A stretch of 64,000 nt of DNA from Azolla caroliniana (GCA_043228905.1 JBHGNT010000008.1:14322001-14386000); one strand, 5' to 3'. Shown: positions 37,438-51,535, counted from the stretch's first letter. Translations and numbers: made by a program. The notes: generated from the sequence alone by a model not told the origin.

Positions 37438-38373
37438 TAGCAATGGGCCCGGTTCAGTTTCTTGGTCTTGAAACCAAACCAAACCATCTATTAATAATAA
37501 AAACCAAACTAAACTGTTTTAAAATTTATGAAGCCATTTAAACCAAACCGTGTACAAAAAATTTAAAACCAAACCAAACCAAACCATTTTTTATTGATAT
37601 TAATCATCATACTTATTATAAATTTGTGTGAAAAAATCATCATAAATTTATTTATCATACTCATCATAAATTTTGTTATCATACTTATCATAAATTTGGT
37701 CATCATACTAATTATAAATTTGGTCATCATACTAATTATAAATTTGGTCATCATACTAATTATAAATTTGGTCATCATACTTATCATAAATTTGGTCATC
37801 ATACTTATCATAAATTTGGTCATCATACTTATCATAAATTTGATCATTACACTTATCATAAATTTGGTAATCATACTTATCATAAATTTGGTAATCATAC
37901 TTATCATAAATTTGGTAATCATACTTATCATAAACTTGGTCATCATACTAATCATAAATTTGGTCATTATACTAATCATAAATTTGATCATCATACTAAT
38001 CATAAATTTGATCATCATACTTACATAAATTTGATCATCATACTTATCATAATTGATCATCATAAATGAAAAGAAGACTCTACATATAACACATATAAAA
38101 TTTAATAAGTTAAAACAAGAGTTTAAAATTAAAAGTTAAAAGTTAGAGACTATAGAAAATATTTATGAGTATTTTTTAACCTATAAACCTTTAAACCGAA
38201 CCACATAAATAGAAACCGATAAGCCGATAAACCGCTCAATTCAAAACCGAACCGAAACTGATTAGTAACATTTGAAACCAAACCAAACCGTTTTTTTATC
38301 TTTGAACCTATAAACTGTTAAGCCATAGTTTTTCGGTTCGATTCGGTTTGAGCCGAAACCGGGCCCATTGCTA
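37438..38373. mobile_element. Non-autonomous hAT-type transposon (MITE) with an internal 21-bp minisatellite
   Basis: 17-bp TIR TAGCAATGGGCCCGGTT; 8-bp TSD TGTGGGAG/TGTAGGAG; subterminal AAACC repeats. Confidence 0.92.
37590..38065. repeat. 21-bp tandem repeat (ATCATACTTATCATAAATTTGG-like), about 20 copies
   Basis: Direct reading; it produces the spurious IINLVIIL ORFs. Confidence 0.95.
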
Positions 38374-39584
38374 TGTAGGAGTTGAACTTCTGGTACCACA
38401 TCCTTGGCACTTGTTTCAAGCTATAGAGACTTTTCTTCAGTCGACATACGAGGTGAGGTGACTTTCCTCCCCCATCTCCGTGAAGCTTGCCGATTGAGAC
38501 ATGTAAATATCTTCTTCCAGATCTCCGTGTAGGAATGCCGTCTATACGTCCACTTGCCCGAGCTCTAGATTGTTTGTCGCCACAACTCCTAGTAAGAGTT
38601 GGAGGGTGGTCATCTTAACTACTGGTGAGAATATCTAGTCGTAGTCGACCCCCCCCTTTCGCGACAAGCCGAGCTTTGTACTTGGGTTTCATTAAGTCAG
38701 ATACATATTTGTATCGGAAGACCCATTTGCATGGTAGCGACTTTCTTCCAGCTGGTAATTCAACCAACTCCCATGTCTAATTCTTGTGAATCGAGTCCAT
38801 TTTGGATCTCATGGCTTGTAGCCATGTTTTGGTGTTCGTTACGGCCATAGCTTCTTCATAAGTGCTTGGTTCGCCTGCATTGATGTAGTTGACGTAATTG
38901 AGGCCAGGTTGGTAGAACTCTGTCGGCCTTCGAGCTTGTCCCGATCTCCTGGGTACTGAGATAAGAGGTTCGGATTCTTCGATCGGCTTTGTCGATCGAT
39001 CGGTATTTGTTGAACTGTTTATGTCAAGAATCGTGTTAGGTGACCCACCCCCATGTTGGGATTTCCGTGGTGTCATGACTTTCTCCCTCGAGAACTTTGT
39101 TGACTCGGGTCTTTTTCCAAATTGCATCATGTTGACTTTGCTTTGTTTGACTCTTGTTGAATTGGCTCTGTCTTTGATGGCTTTGTCTTCGAGATCGACT
39201 AGTGGACATCCTACCGATTCGGAGTCGGTATGTATGTTGTTGGCTTGGTCGAGCTTGACTGTTTGTCGAAAATCTGATTCGGCTTGGTGGGATGGTCCTT
39301 CTATGACATCTTTGTCATCTTTGAAGGATACCTTTTTACCAACTATTTTTTGCTGGTTTCGTTGAGGGAAGATAGAGTCTTCATTGAAGATTACGTCACT
39401 ACTCCGGATAGTTTCTAGTTCTCAGGGTCCCATAGTTGGTAGCCAAAGTCCCCATAAGTTCCATAACCAAGAAATATGCATTTCATCGCATGGGGTGCCA
39501 ACTTGGTCCTTTTCTCCCTAGGGATGATGTAGGCTTCGCATCCGAATACATTGAGCCTATCAGCGGTCGGTTGTTTGCCTGTTG

Positions 39585-42500
39585 TGTTGAGAGACAAGCT
39601 CAACATTGGGTGTGTAACCCAGTGCATAGAGTGGGTGCGTAAAACCGTACGTAAAATATGGTCATAGCAGTATGTAAATCGAGAGGCCATTAGAATGTTA
39701 TTCCACACTAGGAATAATTTTGGGGGTAAGTGTAGGATGCTCATTTATGAGCGGTTAGGTACTAAAAGTCCTTGTGTCAGCCCGATAGTCAGAGCCTGTA
39801 TAAAAGGTGCTCATTGAGCACCAAGTATGTATAGAGAACATGCAGAGAATTATTTTTGAATATAGTTACGTTTCTGCTCTCTCTCTCTCCCTCTCCTTCT
39901 TTGTGATTTTTGTGTTTTATTGAATTGTCGTACTTCCGAACCGTGTGTTCAGTGTCTTATGCATACGCTTCCACACACATATTCTTTTACATGGTATCAG
40001 AGCACGAGGGTTGAGAATCCTCTGCAACCGACAGATAAGCTTGCGATAAAGACAGAGTTAAGTTATTGTTTTCGGAAAGGATAGAGGAATGGGAAGGTCG
40101 CTACCGACTGAGAAACTCGATTGGAGCAACTACGCATCTTGGTCGTACAAGATGCACCAATATCTGCTTGGTCATGGTTACTGGAGTTATGTTGATGGAG
40201 CTAATGATGCAGCACCCAAATCGACACACAGATATTTTTCGGCTTGGGAACAAGCGGCAAATAGAGTTCTTTACTGCTTTGCATCCTATGTGAGCGAGCA
40301 GCTCTTGAGCTACATTCGGGATGCTAAGACGCCAAAGGACGCATGGGCGAATCTCAAGAGGATCTTCGCCGCTAGCACAACGGCCAGGAAGTTGCAGCTC
40401 AAGGAGGAGCTCAGCAATGTCTGACAGAAAGATCTGTCTGTGGCCGATTACATGGCCTGAATCAAGGAGATATGTGATTCTCTCGCCTCCGTCAACGTGA
40501 ATGTCGAGGAGGACGAAATGGTGCAGGTTTGTCTTGGTGGGTTAGCGTCAAAGTTCGGAGTATTTCAGACGGCGGTTTGCACAAGGAGATTATGCCGTCG
40601 TTCTTCGAGCTTCAGTCGATGTTGCTCGTGGAAGAAAATCACGCAGGTGCGTCAACGAGTACGCATGCTGACGACAGGATGCTATATATAGAGGAAGATA
40701 GGCACCATAATTGTGGCGGACAAGGTGGATCAGCGCGCAATGGAGGCGGCCGAAAAGAGCAGAACGAGTGGCATAATCGAAATGCCGGAAGCAATTCCGA
40801 ACCCTCCGGAAGTAGGGGGAGTCACAGCGGCGCCGAAAGCCGGCAAGAGAAGGCCGTGAAGGATTGTTGGTATTGTGGCAAGAAAGGCCATAGGGAGAGC
40901 GAGTGCTGGAAGAAGAGAGCCGATTCAGACAAAGCCGGATCGAGCGGAAGAGACGCAAGAAGGTGTCAGAAATTGCACTACGCCGAGGGCTCTGAACAAG
41001 CCAGAAATGGATCAGGCCCAACCTTCGTAATGAAGCACAAGCCCAATTCGATGGCCGTGAACACCTTGAAATCAAGCGAGGTGAGGTATGTTGATTCCAG
41101 AGTGTCAAATCATATGATGAGTCATGAGGAATGGTTCTCGTACTTGGAGAAACCGGAAAAGCAAGGAGTGGTTGAAATGGGAGACGACACTCCGCATACC
41201 ATCGAACATGTTGGTGAAGTTCCCCTCAGCCATGTCGGGTAGAAAGGGAAACTCATAAACGTGTTGCTCCTGACAATAACAAAGAACCTGGTGTCAGTCG
41301 ATTAGATCGTCGACTAGGGGATGCAAGTTCGATTCATGCACCTCGGGTGCTACATCGAAGAAGAAGGTCAAGTTATCGCGCAAGGGCACCGTGAAGGGAG
41401 GAGGATGTTCATCCTCGACACCAATCAAGCGGAACCCCACTTTTTGCGAAAGGATAGAAGGTCGAATCAAATATCGACCTGTGGCACAAGCGGTTCGGCC
41501 ATGTTAACTTCCCATAGATTCGTGAAATGCAGACGAAGAACATTGTTTTCGGTTTGCCGAAATTTTGGGGCCGTAATGGCCAAGTCTGTGAAACCTGCCA
41601 ACTCGGGAAGCAGCACCGACGTCCATTCCCCAATGAGCGTAATCGTAGTCGAAATTCATTGGATTTGATCCATTCGGACGTATGGGGACCGACATAGAAC
41701 GTGAGCTTCGGTGGTAGTCGTTACTTCGTAACCTTCATCGATGACTTCACTCGGCATACTTGGGCATGTACGATCGTGACGAAAAGCGAAGTTTTCACAT
41801 GTTTCCTGAAGGTAAAGAACCTTGTAGAAAGGGAAACAGGGCGTAAGGTAAAATGCCTACGGTTCGATGGCGAGAAGGAGTACTTCTCCGACCAGTTCAC
41901 GAGTTATCTACAGAAGGAAGGAATTCGACGCGAATTCTCATGTAGATATAGGGCGCAACAGAACGACATGGCCGAGCGGAAGAATCGGACAATCGAAGAA
42001 GCCGCCAGGGCAATGCTTGAAGAGAAGCATATGCCGAAGTTTTACTGGGCTGAAGCCGTAAGGACGGTTGCTTACTTGCATAATCAGACCTCTACTAATG
42101 GAGGAGTGTCGCCACACAAGTTGTATTTCGGAAAGAAGCCGAACTTGGCACACCGGAGGATTTTCGGCAACATTGCGTATGTGCATGTGCCGAAGGAGAA
42201 GAGGAGGAACTTGGATGCCAAAGCCAAGAAATGTATCTTGGTCGGCTATTTAGACGAGCAGAAGGGGTATAAGTGCTATAACCCCCGAACAAAAGAAGTT
42301 CGCGTAAGCCGACATGTCGTGCTCAACGAGTTCGCTTCGTGGTACTTGCCTTCACCTCCAATACCTCATGATTCCATTCCGAATACTGAAGAAGAGGTTA
42401 GCGAGGCTGAGATGCCTCTGTGCAATGAGGATATCGGAGTTCCGAGAGAGAGTCTAATCTCATTTCGGCTAAGCGGGCCGAATGAGGAGTTGGGCCGAGA

Positions 42501-45500
42501 TGGCCAACCAAATGAAGAGTCGGTGAGTAGTGGAGACTCGTTTGTGTTGTCCCTACATAGGGAACCGAGGAGACGGTTTACGCGTAAAGAAAAAGGGAAG
42601 AAGAAAATGTCGGAATACGATTTTGGTAGTGTCGAGTCAAATTAGAGCGAATCTGACTTTGGACCTATCGAGAAGGAATCTCCGCGGAAGGGGTCGAAAT
42701 CGACCGAAAAGGTTGTGAAATCGGATAATCACAAATTACACTAATCTACCCACTTGAAGAACCCCGTAAAGAGGTACGGGTATAATGAGTACATGGCGTA
42801 TCATTATGCATACATGACGTGAGTGGCGGAAGTGCGTGAGCGAGAGAGCTACGCAGAAGCGGCGGAGGACACTGTTGTCAAGATCCGTCACTACGCGCGG
42901 ATCGTGAGGCGGAACCACTGGGGTTCTGGACCAGAAGGACTTGAAGTTTGCACTAGCTTAAGTGAGAAAGTATTTAAGATAGATTGAAAGAGAGAGAGCT
43001 TGAGATAAGATAGAATGGTTGACTTTAGATTGAGAGATAAAAATGGAATAATGAATTTTCTTCTTAATATTAATTTTGATATAAAGTGCACAACTTGCTT
43101 GCCCAAAAAAACCCCCTTTTGCTTGATTCCTCCACTCTTTTATAGATGCCCCCATGCATATGGTGCATGTGAGGGTGCAAGACATGCATGGAATGCATGG
43201 AATGCACGCAATGCATGCTTGCCATGTCATCATCTAAGCTCTCACACATGAGAATTTACATGTAAAGCTATAATGATAAAAATATAATCCCTAAAGAAAT
43301 GGTTTGGCTTAATGGTAAGCCTATTGCTTCCTATCTTGGAGGTGTTAAGTTTGAGCCTTGCTTACATCTTTTTCTTTTATGCACAAAATATTATTAGGCT
43401 TTTAGAGACCATGCACCACGGCGACCAGTTTGCATTCGTTCGGTTTGGCCCGGTTCGGTCCGCATCCCGAGCCGGTTTGGTTCGCATCCCAAGGTCGTTT
43501 GTTGGTAAACGGCCGGTCGCCGGCTCACCGGCTCCGTCACCTGATGCCGCCGACTCTGGCACTGGCTCACCGTCGCCTGATGCCGTTGCCGCCGGCTCCG
43601 TCGCCGGTTGTCGCCGGTTTTGGTTGGCCAAAAACTTTTACAAGTAGCTAGGCCACACCCAATCATCCAATTAGCTTAGTTCAAGTCACCTTGAACTCTC
43701 TATGCTCCACACATAGACACAAAGACAATAGTTTTTGCTCTGCCTTATATATGGTAAGATCCGGATTTGTCCTGTCTATGTGGAATCTCTCACCGTTTTA
43801 TCTTTCTCTTTTCCTTTGCAAACTTCCTACCCTCATAACTTGAGACTTAGATGTCCGTTTCTTATGTAGTAAAGTGCATTCGAAAGCTCTTGAAGAACTC
43901 CATCTTTTTGTACTAAGATATTAAACTTATTTAAAATAGTATTTTCACTATTATGATTCATACTCGATTTTGTATGTTTTATGCGATTTTCATACCATTG
44001 CCGAAAATCTTCACGACAATGCAAATTGGCGTGCCGCATCGGAGGAAGAGACGCGCGCATTATTGGACAACGAGACTTGGGACCTGGTTGACACACCTAA
44101 AGGTGTTAAGACGATCGGATGCAGATGGGTGTTTAAGGTGAAATACAACACTGACGGCTCAATCAACCGATATAAGGCCCGTTTGGTTGCGAAAGGCTAT
44201 GCGCAGAAGCACGACGTCGAGTACGACGAGACCTTCGCACCTGTTGTGAAGATGACTACCGTGCGAGTTCTGCTAGCCGTAGCTGCGGTGAAGGGGTGGC
44301 ATCTACATCAGATGGATGTAAAGAATGTGTTCCTACAAGGTGATCTTGAGGAACAGGTGTACATGGTACAACCCTCCGGATTTCTATCCGAACAGAACAC
44401 TTCGGTAGTCTGTTGATTGAAGAAGGCGTTATACAACCTTAAGCAAAGCCCCGCAAGCTTGGAACGCGAAGATTATGCAATGGTTGCGTAGAATGGGGTT
44501 TACGACATCAAAGTCAGACTCTTCATTTTTCGTTCGGCAAGGTCGACATGGGCCAGTTTGTCTTTTACTTTATGTTGATGATTTAGTCATCGCCAGTGCC
44601 GACCTGGAAGAAATCGGCCGCATAAAGTCTTAGCTTGTGACATCGTTCGAAATGAAGGATCTTGGCGACCTTCATTACTTCCTAGGGATCGAAGTGATTC
44701 GTTCCCCCGAAGGCATATTGATCAATCAGCGTCATTATGCGCTGCATATGCTCTTCAAGTTCGGGATGGCAGATTGTAAGCCCATCTCGACTCCTCTAGA
44801 TAGAAACGTAAAGCTTCGCCGAGATTTGGGAAAGGCGTGCGACCCGACACAGTTTCGACAGATTGTCAGAAGCCTCATCTACTTGACGATCACTTGGCCA
44901 GACCTCAACTATCCAGTCGGAATGATCAGTCAATTTATGTCGCAGCTCACGACCGAACATCTTCAGTGCGCGCAAAGGATATTACGATATGACAGCGGCA
45001 CGAAAGACATGGCGTTGTTGTATCATGCAGGCGTAGCCGAACAGTTAGTCGGCTACACGAATGCCAATTGGGCTGGAAATGCCCACGATCGTAGATCCAC
45101 ATCCAGATACGCATTCTCATTGGGAAGTGCGATGATCCTGTGGAGCAGTAAGAAGGAGCCGACAGTAGCACTGTCGAGCATAGAGGCCGAATATCGAGGG
45201 GCGACTATGAAGTCATTTGGCTGAAACAACTATTACAGGCTCTACATGTAGAGGTGTCCGATCCCACGACGATCTATTGCGACAACCTCAACATCATCCA
45301 CCTTGCGAAAAACCTTGTATTCCACATTGAGGTGCACTACCACTTTGTCGATTCAATCGTAATGTTCGATTCAGATACGCCGAATCAAGTGAGGGCCAAG
45401 CAGAGAAAAGGGCAACGAAAGAGGCGCCAACACTGCGACAACAAGGGAGCTGAGAAAGGACACATGAGCAGACAAGCCAACCGAAAGGGTCGAGGTGCGC

Positions 45501-46041
45501 GGAATCGGATGGGTCGAGGAGCGCGAGCGAGGCGTGAAGCCAGGAGAATCCGGAGAGAAGATCCGGAAAAGCATATGGAACGTCAAGTTGAGCTTGAGAG
45601 GGAGTGTTGAGAGACAAACTCAACATTGGGTGCGTAAACAGGTGCTTAACCCAGTGCGTAGAGTGGGCGAGTAAAACCGTATGCAAAATATGGCCGTAGC
45701 GGTATGTAAACCGAGAGGCCGTTAGAATGTTATTCCACGCAAGGAATAATTTTGGGGGTAAGTGTAGGATGCTCATTTATGAGTGGTCAGGTACTGTAAG
45801 TACTTGTGTCAGCCCAATAGTCAGGGCTTGTATAAAAGGTGCTCATTGAGCACCAAGTATGTATAGAGAACATACAGAGAATTATTTTTTAATATAGTTA
45901 CGTTTTTGCTCTGTCTCTCTCCCTCCCTCTCTGTCTCTCTCTTTCCTTCTTTGTGATTTCTGTGTTTTACCAAATTGTCGTACTTCCGAACCGTGTACTC
46001 AGTGTCTTACGCATACGCTTCCGCACACATATTCTTTTACA
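39585..46041 (+). mobile_element. Full-length decayed Ty1/Copia: LTRs 39585-39991 and 45605-46041, PBS 39992-40003
   Basis: Paired LTRs; TGGTATCAGAGC; gag-PR-INT-RT-RH order; TSD GCCTG. Confidence 0.95.
42873..44018 (-). mobile_element. Solo LTR of the TGTCGTG...CACGACA group, 4-bp TSD ACAC/ATGC (ancestral ACGC)
   Basis: Removing the insert and one TSD copy restores Copia E-D-A-N-W. Confidence 0.88.
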
Positions 46042-47266
46042 GCCTGACTATAGTGCATGTGGCACTTCGAGCCTGATTGCTTTTAATGGTGATAGATTTA
46101 CCAAGTATACTGCGGTCTACAATGCCTTAGCCTAGAACTCTAGCTTTAGTCCAACTTGTTGGAGCATTGCCGTCACCTTCTCCTAGATCGTTCGGTTGAT
46201 CCGTTCTACCACTCCATTCTGCATGGGTGTGTAAGGAACGGTCTTTTGATGTTGGATCCCTTTGTTGGACAGGTACTGCTTGAAGGCCCTGGAGGTATAT
46301 TCGACTCCGTTGTCGGATTGGAGTGTCTTCATTTTGTGTCCTAACTGGTTCTCCACTTCAAATGTCCACCAAGTGAAGACCTCGAGCGCTTTGTCTTTGG
46401 ACCTGATCGAGTAGGCCTAGACCTTCCGTGTACACTCATCTACAAAGGTGATGAAGTACCATGATGCCTCCTAGTGATCGTTTTGGCATGGGCCCACATA
46501 TATTTGTGTGCATGAGCTCTAGGGTTGTCGTACCGTCTCGTAGTGGAGAGAGACTTTGGGTCTATTTCCCGTATCGACAATGCTCGCAAAAGTCTATCTT
46601 TGCTCGGAGTTAAGGGATGTAGCCAACTGCCATCAACCGATTGAGTCCGGGTTGAGACATATGGTTGAGTCGTCCATGCCATAAGTTTGGGTTGGTCTTT
46701 CGGCTACGTTCACGACCCCTTCTGGATTGATTGCCATTAATGGGTACAAGTTATTGTACTTGTGTCCACTCCCAATTTTGAGATTTCCCTGGCTGATCAT
46801 CCATATCGACTTAGTTAGAGTCATTTGGTACCCGTCTTTGGCTAACATACCAATGGAGACCAGACTCCTTTTCAGATCGGGTATGTGCCTAACTTGGTGC
46901 AGGGTGATCAAGTTACCATTGGGCAATTGGATGGGAACCTCTCCGGTTCCTGCGATTTTGCATTCCTGCCCATTGCCTAGTCGGATTGTGCTGCTGGAAT
47001 GTGACACCCGAATCCAGTAACCACGTGTGTGCATCTTGTGCACAGTATAGGACTTCTTCGATCATTGAATCCTCTAAGGAGAGAATTTCTCCTGATCGGG
47101 AGTCGGCAACGTTGATTTGGTTGCCGACTGGAGAGTGGTCCGAGATAGGTCAACCTTGATTTCGCTCGGATCGCCAACCACTCTCTTTTGTCTTGATTGA
47201 CCAATAGTCAGAAACATTGTGGCCAACTTTTCTACAATGTGTGCAGAATTCACCTGATTGACCTAT

Positions 47267-48223
47267 TGTCATGATTTAGCATGGTATGGCTTCAAAAGGA
47301 TTTGAACCCATGACCTTGTGGCACATGGGCGGAAGCCTTACCATTAAGCAATACATTGTAATATTTCCATTTATTATTTCACTTAGGAAATTCATGTATA
47401 TTCTAGATTTCTCTGGAACATTCTAGAAATGTCAAGAATATTCCTAAAACCACTATAAAAAGAGGTACATGGCATTATCGAGAACCAAATCGGTTCAACG
47501 CTAGTCTTAAGCCTCCTACCTATCCTTGTATATTCTTTTCATATAATATATCATTTTGTTATCATCATTCTCTCTCTCTCTCTCTCCCTCTCTCCTTTTT
47601 CTCGACTGTTCTACACCCTCTTTTCCTCTTAGTAGTAATCTTCATCTCTTAGTACTAATTCCCTCTCTGTTTCAGTACTATTCTTGACAGTTTGAAATGA
47701 TTTTCCCTTCCTTCTTCTTACTCCTCCCTCCCTTCATACTAATCCTCTTATCCCGCCTTTCTCTAATATTGTGGCCACTGTTAGCGCTCAAGAATATCAA
47801 TCCGTTTTCTCGAAGTTGCAAAGCTTGAAAGAGAAGTTTCTCGCATTGGAACAAGATGGCTGTTGGGGGATCTTCAACAAATCTCCTTAGAAAAGCAGTA
47901 GACACAACAACAACATGGGGAACTAGCGTTACTGTTTCAGTACTATTCTTGACAGTTTGAAATGATTTTCCCTTCCTTCTTCTTACTCCTCCCTCCCTTC
48001 ATACTAATCCTCTTATCCCGCCTTTCTCTAATACTGTGGCCACTGTTAGCGCTCAAGAATATCAATCCGTTTTCTCGAAGTTGCAAAGCTTGAAAGAGAA
48101 GTTTCTCGCATTGGAACAAGAAAATCAATGGCTGTTGGGGGATCTTCAACAAATCTCCTTAGAAAAGCAGTAGACACAACAACAACATGGGGAACTAGCG
48201 TTACGCGGGCAACAACTTGACGC
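47267..48223 (+). mobile_element. Chromovirus 2: 5' LTR 47267-47689 and gag start, with ~265-bp tandem duplication
   Basis: Homologous to 1773-2470; duplicated blocks start at ~47667 and ~47932. Confidence 0.88.
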
Positions 48224-51200
48224 TATCATGATGACACTCACATCATGCCTCGAAAAGATTTGAACCGACGACCTTGTTGTACACATGTCAAATCCTTAAC
48301 CATTGTATTAATATTCTTATATATATAATTTTTAGAATATATAATCTAATATCATAGAAATATTCTATATTACTCTACATTCTAGAATAACCTAGAATAT
48401 TCTAGAGTGTTCTATACACTAGAACCTTCTAGAATACTCTAGAACCTTCTAGATTACTCTACATTCTAGGATGATCTAGAATATTCTAGAGTGTTCTCTA
48501 TTACTTATAAATAGAGATCTATCAATCATCCCAAACCTAAATTGGTTCAACGCCATTTTGTAGCACTCTATTGCCTACTCCTTGTAATCCATTTTACTCT
48601 ACAATACAATATTTCTCTCTCTCTCTCTCTGAACATCGAGAGTCGCTACTCACCTTTACACGTATCACGTGAAATGTAATATTTTTGGTCTCATAGGTCA
48701 TATTTGACCTCCGAAGACGATAATATAATCTATTTATCTATTTATCTATCTATCTCTCTCTCTCTCTCTCTCTCTTGACAGTTTGAACCAATTTTTTTTT
48801 CATTTCTTCCTCTTCCACAAACCTAACAAGTTCTTCTCTTCTTCCTTCTCCTCTCCCCTCGTAAACTATGGAGTTCGTGAGCAAATAGGAGTATATGCGC
48901 GTTCTTTCTGAGCTCGACATGCTGACGAATAAATTTGTGGCATTAGAGCATGAAAATCAAAGGCTACTTGGAGACCTACAACATGTGAGCGCCGAAAAAG
49001 CTCAACAATATGAAGAATTATCACAACGGTGTCGTAGTGTATTTCGTACACTACATGAAAAACGTATAAAATGGGTTCACCAACTCGAGGCAACTATATT
49101 ATCATTACGAGAACAAGCGTCAGGGGCTTAGAACTCCCTTGAAGAACCAAAGATTAGCCTCCCCACAAAGTTTGATGGTACAAGGTCTTTATTTCGAGGC
49201 TTTTTGAATCAAGTTCATCTGGTTATTCAGCTACATCCCAATCGGTATCCAACCGATGTTGCTCGTGTGGGATTAGTGGGAACTTTGCTATGCGGTATGA
49301 CGTTAGCATGGTTCGCACCACTTCTCGAGAAGAAACCGCCGTTGTTGGAGGATTTCAAGGTGTTTGTTAAGGAGTTTCAAGCTATTTTCGAAGACACTGA
49401 CAGCACTAGGATAACGATAAACAAGATTCGAAGGCTTCGACAAGGAGATCATCCCGCGTCGGCTTACGCAGCTGATTTTCGTCTCTTGGCATTTGATGTC
49501 CCTTGGGATGAGGCATCCTTAATGGATCAATTCCGTCAAGGTTTGCGAAATGATGTCAAAGATCTTCTTCTTACTTTCCCTAAAGATCCGAAGTCGCTTA
49601 TAGAGGCCATTAGTCGAGCCGTGCGATGTGATAATCACCTATTTGAGCGACGTTCTGAGCGCCAACAAATGTTACGCCTCCAACTAGAATAGACTTATGC
49701 TTCCGTAGTCGCAACACCTCCACAAGTTTCCAGACCCATTACAAGGGATGGCTCAACTCCGATGGAAATAGAGTCAACACAAAGTTGTGGGCCTTTATCA
49801 GATGTTGAGAAGCAATGTCGTGGAGTGCATCGCCTATGCCTGTATTGTGCCCAACTCCGATGGAAATAGAGTCAACACAACGTCGTGGGCCTTTATCAGA
49901 TGCTGAGAAGTAACGTCGTCGAGCGCATTGGCTATGCCTATATTGTGGCGATCCTACTAGGGAACAAACCTAGAATCTCTGGTTTCGAAGACTGGAACAC
50001 CCAATAGTGCTAGGTCTCCCTTGGTTTGAACTCCATAACCCGAAGATTGATTGGATGAAAAGAACAATCGAGGAGACCCGAGAAAAAAGCACAAACCCCA
50101 CATCCCTCTCTTTGACATGTGACACTAGATCCCCTGAGTTATCGACCATCTCCCTACAACAGTTGCGTGAGGAAGGGAGGAACGAGGACATGTTCGTATT
50201 CGCCATAGTAACAACTCCATCATCCACTTTACATGAAGAGGACATTAAACTACCAGAGAAATACAAAGAGTTCTCAGATGTCTTTGATAAGGCGAAGGCC
50301 AATACATTGCCGGAGCATCGACCATACGACTGCCCTATTGACTTACAACCAGGGAAAGAACCTCCATGGGGCCCAATTTATAATCTCTCCATTGTAGAGT
50401 TAGAGACTTTGCGGGAATATATTGATGAGAATCTGGCAAACGGATTCATTCGGCATTCTAGATCCCCTGCGGGCGCACATATCTTCTTCGCCAAGAAAAA
50501 GAATGGGACGAAAGAACCTCCATGGGGCCCAATTTATAATCTCTCCATTGTAGAGTTAGAGACTTTGCGGGAATATATTGATGAGAATCTGGCAAACGGA
50601 TTCATTCGGCATTCTAGATCCCCTGCGGGCGCACATATCTTCTTCGCCAAGAAAAAGAATGGGACTCTTCGATTGGTCGTGGATTATCGAGGGCTAAATA
50701 AAGTGACTATCCGGAATAGATATGCTCTACCATTAATCCCAAATCTTTTGGAATGTCTCAATGGAGCAAAATATTTCACAAAGTTAGACCTTTGCGGTGC
50801 ATATAATCTAGTTCGGATTTGCCCAGGGGATGAATGGAAGACAACTTTTCCCACTTGCTATGGACATTTTGAGTATACTGTGATGCCATTCGGTCTCACG
50901 AATGCACCTACAGTTTTCCAACATGTGGCGAATGATATTTTTCGAGATTTTCTCGATATCTTCACTGTAGTTTACCTGGATGATATTCTAATCTACTCGA
51001 AGACCCAAGAGGAGCATGATGAACATGTTTGTCAGGTACTGCGTCGACTCCGAAAATATGGTCTCTACGCAAAATTAGAAAAGTGTAGTTTCGGCCAGAA
51101 TCAAGTGGACTTTTTGGGGTACGTTGTATCATAAGATGGTATTGTCATGGACGCCATGAAGGTACAAGAAATTTTAGAGTGGCAAATGCCCCTTTTAGTG

Positions 51201-51535
51201 CGCGATGTGCAATGTTTTCTCGGGTTTGCAAATTTTAATCGAAAATTTATTAAAGATTATTCCAAGGTCTTGCTTCCGCTCACTCAACTCACACAAACAA
51301 ATAAGCCATTTATATGGAGTTCAGATGCAACCGAGGCATTCCAAAGCTTGAAACAAGCGTTTACAATGGCACCTATCTTAGCACATGTCGACCCAACAAA
51401 ACGCTTCATCCTTGAAGCCGATGCATCCAATTTTGCACTAGGGAGTGTCCTATCGCAGATTGGAGATGATGGACAGCTATACCCTGTTGCCTTTCATTCC
51501 CAAAAGTTTGAAGCTGCAAAGATCAACTATCATGA
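48224..51535 (+). mobile_element. Chromovirus 3, 3'-truncated: 5' LTR 48224-48780, gag, RT and RNase H start
   Basis: LTR followed by GTTTGAACCAATT; gag at 48867-49950; YLDD; 156-bp in-frame duplication at 50355/50511. Confidence 0.9.
48631..48775 (+). mobile_element. Short RTEX-like LINE 3' end inserted into the (TC)n of the LTR
   Basis: Homologous to 11469-11590; (TC)n on both sides. Confidence 0.65.

Larger units (their letters stand above)
37197..47266 (-). mobile_element. Old Copia element that hosts the nested insertions (RT 37197-38780, INT/PR/zinc knuckle 46042-47266)
   Basis: LILYVDNML, MKELGQA, CIFLGYG, HIPDLKRSLVSIG and CTHCRKVGH remnants. Confidence 0.85.

Noticed and set aside
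37563-38063. ORFs of repeated MISMMTKF / IINLVIIL, and a superficially CRISPR-like periodicity
   Set aside because: Pure 21-bp tandem repeat with no unique spacers and no cas genes, located inside a MITE
30430-38373. Composite transposon that already moved the F-box gene
   Set aside because: The outer flanks share no TSD, and the right MITE has its own TSD
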